Source of the DNA: Geotalea uraniireducens Rf4 | GTDB lineage: Bacteria; Desulfobacterota; Desulfuromonadia; Geobacterales; Geobacteraceae | Length of the DNA: 32,000 nt | Reading direction: 5' to 3' | NCBI RefSeq assembly: GCF_000016745.1 | Contig: NC_009483.1 | Location: 1,440,001 to 1,472,000 of the forward strand | Shown here: positions 26,002-32,000 of the stretch, in pieces | Layout of the letters: every line of letters starts with the position of its first letter | Position numbering within the stretch: the first letter of the stretch is position 1 | Program-made: the position numbers and the translations under genes | The notes under the pieces: generated by a model | What the model was told of the DNA's origin: nothing | What the model saw: only the letters and a program-made list of their open reading frames with translations | Databases searched by the model: none

Positions 26002-26531
26002 CTGCCGTTCCTCTTGTCCGTGGGCTCGTCCTCGCCCCCCCAGATCGATTGGACTTTTTTTTTGAGGATCAAAATCGCGGCGGCCTCGGCCAATGCTTTA
26101 TCTTTGCGCAGTAATTCTTTTTCCAGTGCATGAATTTTGCGAGTTTCCTCTGATGTTTTTGAGGAAGGCCGAGACGGTTTTTGCAGCCCCGAAAGCATCA
26201 TGGCGCGCCACTCGCGTAACTGTGCTTCATGAATTCCATTGCGACGCAGGAAGGCGCCAAGTTGATCTTCGGCAACCGTCTCGGCTTCGATGACGATTTT
26301 GAGCTTTTCTTCGGCAGACTTGTCTTGTGGGCGCTTTGGGGACATTGTTCTCCATGGTGCTTCAGAAATTGGGGAGTTACCAGATTCATTCACGACATTT
26401 GCGTCTCGAAGCCAGCGAGAGAGTGATTGTTGGGGAATTCCCACTTCTCGGGATAGAGCTGAGGCCGAGACGCCATTAGGGCAGGCCATCTTGCGAACCA
26501 GGCTGGATTTGAATCCTTGTGTGTATGTCAT
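25998..26531 (-). CDS. IS3 transposase OrfA
   Basis: 177-aa HTH-type OrfA. Its stop overlaps the orfB ATG (ATGA). Confidence 0.85.
   Translation of the reverse strand: MTYTQGFKSSLVRKMACPNGVSASALSREVGIPQQSLSRWLRDANVVNESGNSPISEAPWRTMSPKRPQDKSAEEKLKIVIEAETVAEDQLGAFLRRNGIHEAQLREWRAMMLSGLQKPSRPSSKTSEETRKIHALEKELLRKDKALAEAAAILILKKKVQSIWGGEDEPTDKRNGR
26055..26063 (-). promoter_or_regulatory. programmed -1 frameshift slippery run (A9 followed by G on the minus strand)
   Basis: The minus strand reads CTC AAA AAA AAA GTC within orfA (LKKKV). The -1 frame continues into orfB. Confidence 0.6.
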
Positions 26532-29500
26532 TATAGATCCTTGCTGCCCCCAGATGTTGAAAAAATACGGGTCGCCGGCTTTTGCCGGTCCCGGTCTTTC
26601 GAGCTGAATCGCAAGCTCGCTACGCTCGTTGCAATTCAGCTCGAAAGACCGTGGCTAAACAACCCATCTGAGGCGACAACTATTCTGACACAGGGGGATA
26701 GCTGTATTCCCAATACCCCATGTCCGGGTCGGTCATGTTCTTTTTCCGCCCCAAGGTGTCGTACTCAATGTGCGTTTTTTTCTGATTGGCGACGGGCACG
26801 CCCATCTGGTTGGCATCGATTACATCCGTAAGATTTCCAAGAACGTCGTAAGTATAGGTGGTAGTAGCGTAAAGTGTGAACTGGCTTGGATTCTGAGTTG
26901 TGTCGCATGTCGTGGAGGTCCCCGTGTACTCTTCCACTGTAACAAGACGTCCCAGTGCATCCCGCGTTTCACGCCTGCGGTGGCCGTTTTCGTCTATGAA
27001 GACGCTCACGAGGTCGTTGTAGCAGGCCAGTGTGAACGTGTTGTCCGGGTTGGTTGTTCTCGTCACTCTTCCCATCGGGTCATAGGTGTAAGTCCGGTAA
27101 ACCGGCGTTTCAACGCCCTCAAAATAAGGGGCTGAAACACTGTTCACCTTTCCTCTTTGGTCATATACCGTTTCGGTGACGATAACCTTGTTGTCAGGCC
27201 CGCTTTTCCGTACCTTGAATGTCCGTCCCAAGCCGTCGAAATAGGAGGCGGACCACATGCCCAACTGATTATAGGTATAAACGTTTTGACTGCCGACCGT
27301 ACCGAAGGAGTTATAAGCAGTACTCGTCGAGAACAGGTCCGGCTGAATATCCTTTGTCTTTCTGCCGAATACATCGTACACCGCCGTTATGGTCGCGTTG
27401 TTGGGGTCGGAAATACTCTTCAGTTGGCCAAAGCGTCCATTGTCGGCGGCTATGCCGACGCCATAATAGGCGGAGGTCGTCGTCTGGGTCTTGGCATTGG
27501 TGCTTGAGACAGGGAAAGTTTGATAGATGGTGTCAAAACCTGTTGTGGTTACGTTGCCGTTAGGGTCGCGGGTGCATACCGGATTGCCGTAGCCGTCATA
27601 AGCCGTCCGGGTTTCAGAGTTGTTGCCACCATTGAGCCAGCGGGATACGACGGTTAGGTTCCCATTAGTTGGAGTATGATTGTATTGGGAGGCGGCAGAG
27701 CAATTGGCAAGAGGGAAGTCATCGTAATAATAATCCGTCTGGCTGACCTTCAGGTTGGTACCGATATTTGTATCGCCTATGCCTTGGAAAACGCTAACAG
27801 TGGCTGGTAAAGATACTATCCAGTTGGTAACATTTGGTGAAAACTGCCTCTCGATGGTCATGTTCAGGGAGACATTAGCAGGATTCATGATGTCACCATA
27901 ACGATCTTCGCGGGTCACATTGCCGTAATTTGCATGAGGTGAGGTAAGGTAATCATCGTAGTAGTAGACGGTTCGTGTCTGTCGAGCGCTACCACTATCC
28001 CTGCACTGCCCGTATGCTTGCCCATCACAGATGTAGGTGTCTACCTTGGTGGCTGGACTGTAGTTGTAAGGGGTTGACGTGTAAGTCGAGTATGATGTCT
28101 CAGTTTCGGAATATACTTTACCCTGACCGTCAGATATCCGTGTCCTGTAAGGTTTCCCTTTCATGAACCCAACGGTCGCCGATGGGTTGTTCACGTCTAC
28201 AGCGGTATCATCCCCTTGGTGAAACCATGTTTCTGTTACGGTCAGTTCATTGTTCTTTCCGGGACCGATTACCTTCGCAGAGTTGAAGCCGCGAAAGTCC
28301 TTTGCACTGAAATTGTAGTAGCCGCCGGAATAGGAATAGTTCGAGGTGGAGGTGTTGTTGTTACCGTCACTGACGGATACGCTTGAGATAAGTTGCATGG
28401 TGAATGGAAGCTGGGCATACCATGAGGAGGGTGAATAGGAGACGCTGATTTCGCCGCCAAGGCCGTTGGAGACGTGCGTAAGAAGGTCAGTCAACGGCGC
28501 GTTGGCATAGCCCGATTCCCAATGAAAAGCTCCACCTGGATAAGAGGTGTCATGTGGATAGCACACGATGTCGGTCTTGCCATCGGCATTATAGTCTCCG
28601 GCAAAGCATTGCTGGCTGACTGACGTTTCAGGAGAAGGGCCGCCGTCCCAAGAAAGGGTGTTCCAGCCGTTTCCGAGAGATAAAGCCGTGCTCCAGATAC
28701 CGCCGGAGGTGTAGCAGGAAATATCGGTTTTGCCGTCGCCATTGAAATCGCCGGACAAGCATTTTGTGTTGATTGGAAAGGAGACGATGGCGCCGCCCAT
28801 CGAGAAAGAGGCCGTGTCCCAGCTGCTGCCGGTTGACAGTTGAACATTCCACAAACCGCTGCCGGAGGCACAGGCAATATCGGTCTTGCCGTCACCGTTG
28901 TAATCTCCAGTCATACAGATTCCGCTCAGGATGTAGTTTGATTTGACGAAGTCCGGAGCCATCCCGTTGCTATACCAAGTGGCAGGCGTCCAACCGTTGC
29001 CGTTGGAGAGGTACATATTCCAGGTGCTGGTGTTCCCGGAGTTGCAGGCAAAGTCGGTTTTGCCGTCGCCGTCGAAGTCACCGGTCAGGCAGTTGTTGGT
29101 TGGATAAGTGAAGGTAGTTGGCCCGTCGGACCATTGGACTGGGCTGCTGCCCCATGCGCTGCCGGTGGACAACGCCATTTTCCAGGTATTGCTGGCATAA
29201 CAGGCAAAGTCCGACTTGCCGTTGCCGTCGAAATCACCGCCAAAACATTGAGTTATGGGCAGAACAGTTGGAGCGTTATGCCAGGTTTCTTTAGTCCAGA
29301 TTTCTCCGGCTCCTCCCGGGAAAACCATGGTCCAGTCCCCGTTATTGGCAAAATTGCAGGCAAGGGCGTTTTTCCCTTCGCCATTGAAATCGCCGGTAAC
29401 GCATTGATGTCCCAAAGAATCCTGGGAAAGATCCGTAGGCTTGTTGCCGTCAGGTAACCATTGCAAAGATATCCCATTCACGTCAAGATTGTTGAATAAA

Positions 29501-30962
29501 TACTTGAGGTCCCACCCGGTGCTACCGGTAGAGCAAAGGATATCGAATCTGCTGCCGAATTTGCCGGGGATGCAGTACATGCCGACAGGGAGCGGCATAG
29601 ATACCCCGATAGGGTCAGAAAGACTCCATCCGCCGCTGGATGTTCCGCCGGCAACGGTGTAACCGTTGGAGTATCCAAGGGTGATAGGCGGCTTTGTGGT
29701 CGTACCGTCACTGCCGTACTCTGTCACCGTGCCGAGAACCGACCTGTTGGTCAGTGGACTGTACTGGTTGCCGGTCGTCGTCGAGTCGGCATCATAGTTC
29801 AGTTCATATTTTCTTACCCGCAAGGGTTGTGTGTTAACTGTGTTATAGTTGGACCAAACCTCGATGGTCTTGAGCCGCTTCGCCGTGGTGACGGCAAAGT
29901 TGGTTGTGTACATTGTCGGGGCGTCGTTGCGGTCTTCGAGGATGAACTTTACAGAATTGGTAGGGGGGAGTTTATGAGTGACAGGGTCGTTGCCGGTGTA
30001 GTCTATCTCGTTCAAGTATAACTGGTTCCGGTCCGGGGTGTAGTTGAGAGTGACGTAATTGCCATTCGTATCGGTTATCAGGTCAAGACACCATTTGAAG
30101 ACGTGGGCCGGCTTGTTGGGGTCGTAGACTGTGGTGTTGGGTTCGTGACCGAAACGGAAGCGTACCCCCTTTTTATCAATCGCTTCCCAATAGGTTCCAT
30201 AATTTATAAACCGAATGAAGTTCCCTTCTATCTTGGCGCGGTATTCGGAGGTGCCGGGGAGATTGACCAATTCCGTTACCCCGCCCGGTCCGCGCAATAG
30301 AAAGTCGCTGGCGTCATAGTTCACGCCTCCTTTGGTGCTCCGCTCTATTGAACCCATTTCCAGTTCCCAGCCGACACCCAGCCAACCGTTGCCGTTCGTG
30401 CTCCGATAGGTGAGGACTATGCCGGGATCTACACCTCTACGGCCGGGCGGGACTTCAATAGGAATGCGATAGCTCATGGTCCCTGTGAAGAGGTCTGGTA
30501 AAGGCGTGTCGCTGTTTGCCGAGGTGTCGGTTCCGTCAGCGACTTCCTTGCCGACAACTTTCTCGTCTGCCGCATGGGCATTTACGGTGAAGAAGATGGA
30601 AAGCGTCAGGCATAGAACGAGAACGGCGTTTTGCAGGGAATTGCCAGCACAACGGATGGGAATCATGTGGAGCCTCCGTTTATATTGCATTAAATTAAAA
30701 GGTAACTATTCAGCGTATATGTTTTGACGTCGGAGGATAGGCATCCTGCCTGTCTTCAGGCGAAGTTTCATCAGCCTGACAAGTTTGAACTGAACACATG
30801 TTCAAGCGATAAACCCGCTTGAAACACAGGCTAGAAGCCTATTGGTTGGTTGGGGAACCATCAAGATATCGCAGTGCTGCCGTTGTCGTTCGTTTTTTCT
30901 TCTTTCCCGGAATTCCTGGCTAACCCTTTCTTGCCTGATTCATATTTCAGAAGATAAACAGG

Positions 30963-31121
30963 TCATAGCTTCCGCGCCTTGAGCCCGCACAAGGGGCAGC
31001 GCTTCTCCACAACTGCCTGCTCACATGATTCGCACCAGTACTGAAGGTTTTCCCTGTCCCGGCATACCCGGCAGACTTCAGCCGGTTTACTATTGCCGCA
31101 TGTGCACTCCCTATCGGCCAT
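30963..31121 (-). CDS. small zinc-ribbon protein (4 x CxxC)
   Basis: MADRECTCG...CRVC...CESC...CPLC, 52 aa. ATG 31121 has a GAGGT RBS. The ORF-track GTG start at 31175 would overlap the nitroreductase gene. Confidence 0.45.
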   Translation of the reverse strand: MADRECTCGNSKPAEVCRVCRDRENLQYWCESCEQAVVEKRCPLCGLKARKL

Positions 31122-31162
31122 GGCCGTTACCTCGCATTTCCCTTCTGCGGTAAATACAGCCG

Positions 31163-31723
31163 CTACGCCTTCCACTTCTCGTAGAAAACGATCTGGTCCA
31201 GCGGCTTTCTTGGCGGCCCCGCCTTCACTTCCTCCTGCGGGTAGCCGAGCGGGAAGAGGCCGATGATGCGGATCTCCGGCGGAATGTCCAGAAGGTCCCC
31301 CAGCTTTTCCTCGTCGAAAACGCCGACGAAAACGCTTCCCAGCCCCAGGTCGTGGGCGGCAAGCATCAGGTTTTCAGCGGCGATCCCCACATCGGTCATG
31401 TAGTAATGTTCGCCACGCAAATCCCCGGACTGGGTAGGATCGGCGCAGGCGACGATGACCACCGGCGCATCGGCCAGGGCCTTCTGCGCAGGATTGGTCT
31501 TGTATCCCCTCGGCACGAAGAACGCCTCCACGTACGACAGTTCGCTGATCTGCGTTTTTGTCGCCGGGTCCTGCACCACCACGAACCGCCAGCACTGCAT
31601 GTTCGCCCAGGAAGGGGCGATCTGCGCCGCTTCCAGCACTGCCTGGAGTTTTTCCGGTTCCACCGGCCTGTCGGAGAATTTGCGGATGCTGCGTCTGGTT
31701 TTGATCGCTTCGAGTGTATCCAT
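31163..31723 (-). CDS. nitroreductase-family flavoprotein
   Basis: [16 protein letters not shown]... and [10 protein letters not shown] motifs typical of the NADH/FMN nitroreductase fold. Start set at ATG 31723 (GGAGG RBS). Confidence 0.85.
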   Translation of the reverse strand: MDTLEAIKTRRSIRKFSDRPVEPEKLQAVLEAAQIAPSWANMQCWRFVVVQDPATKTQISELSYVEAFFVPRGYKTNPAQKALADAPVVIVACADPTQSGDLRGEHYYMTDVGIAAENLMLAAHDLGLGSVFVGVFDEEKLGDLLDIPPEIRIIGLFPLGYPQEEVKAGPPRKPLDQIVFYEKWKA

Positions 31724-31763
31724 TGTTGCCTCCTTTGAATTGATCGGTTCATTCACCTTTTTA

Positions 31764-32000
31764 CTATATCAGATTCTTCGCCTTGATCTCGGCCTTGAGC
31801 CAGGCGTATGCTACTGGCGCCGCTACCAGGCCCCCTATGCCGAAGACCGCTTCCATTGCCAGCATGGCGCAGAGCAGTTCCCAGGCGCTGGCGTGCACTT
31901 GTCCGCCGACAATCTTGGCGTTGGTGAAATACTCCAGCTTGTGAATCGCGATGAGAAAAACCAGCGAAGCCAGTGCCACCCCCGGCGACATGCCGAGGCT
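31764..32000 (-). CDS. AI-2E (PerM/YhhT) family transporter, C-terminal part (runs off window end)
   Basis: IHKLEYF.N.KIVG...WELL...[14 protein letters not shown] resembles the conserved C-terminal region of the family. The frame is open to nt 32000. Confidence 0.65.
   Translation of the reverse strand, partial: SLGMSPGVALASLVFLIAIHKLEYFTNAKIVGGQVHASAWELLCAMLAMEAVFGIGGLVAAPVAYAWLKAEIKAKNLI

Larger units (their letters stand above)
24945..26692 (-). mobile_element. IS3-family insertion sequence (copy 2, different from copy 1)
   Basis: Terminal inverted repeats TGTCAAGGTAGTTGTCGCCTCTG (24945-24967) versus the reverse complement of 26668-26690, TGTCAGAATAGTTGTCGCCTCAG (19/23). Flanks are CGGG and GGGG. 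The right boundary is uncertain by 2 nt. Confidence 0.85.
22966..30690 (-). pseudogene. secreted SpvB / FG-GAP propeller / RHS-repeat toxin (TcB-TcC-like fusion), interrupted by IS3
   Basis: N-terminal part 30690-26697: signal peptide, SpvB-like TGTMSYRIPIEVPPGRRGVDP...GWLGVGWEL, seven C..GDFNGDGKTD..C blades, then YD repeats. C-terminal part 24944-22966: YD repeats and an RHS core (YYHPDHLGS...GARLYDPDIGRFISPD...NPVKYRDPSGH). The frame is restored by deleting 24945-26696. Confidence 0.85.

Noticed and set aside
26680-30690. A TcA-like or T6SS delivery partner for the Rhs/BC-like protein within the window
   Set aside because: None of the ORFs has TcA-, VgrG-, PAAR- or Hcp-like features. The protein has its own signal peptide, and partners (if any) must lie elsewhere.

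Overview
The window is a GC-rich chromosomal segment with a Geobacter/Desulfuromonadales-like look. That guess rests only on the GTAGGGGCG-type REP hairpins and gene content, not on any search.

Left 40% (minus strand): a PAS histidine kinase and a complete kdpA-kdpB-kdpC-kdpD...kdpE potassium-uptake locus. The locus is unusually cluttered.
- REP-doublet elements fill the kdpA/kdpB and kdpB/kdpC gaps. One of them carries a 17-nt hairpin minisatellite.
- A full-length group II intron (3105-5177, plus strand, so antisense to kdp) separates kdpD from kdpE. It sits inside a palindrome of phased CACGAAT heptamers.

Middle of the window:
- A peroxiredoxin has an in-frame TGA at the catalytic Cys codon, so it is probably a selenoprotein.
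- A DTW-domain gene follows, then a second heptamer palindrome and two intrinsic terminators.
- A 651-nt ORF-less group II intron-like RNA (14475-15125) starts 5 nt behind the second terminator.

Right half (about 15.1-30.7 kb, visibly more AT-rich, all genes on the minus strand): a decaying accessory island.
- A roughly 1990-aa secreted SpvB/FG-GAP-propeller/RHS toxin, split by an IS3 element.
- Its unassigned C-terminal toxin domain and a 3-TM immunity candidate.
- A 522-aa Cys-rich secreted protein that begins with a YD repeat.
- Three tandem paralogues of a small secreted tail-fibre-like protein. One is split by an IS4-family element (9-bp duplication, exact in-frame restoration) and one by another IS3.

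The window ends with a small zinc-ribbon gene, a nitroreductase and a partial AI-2E-family transporter gene.

All calls are from reading the sequence and the ORF translations. No database search was possible.
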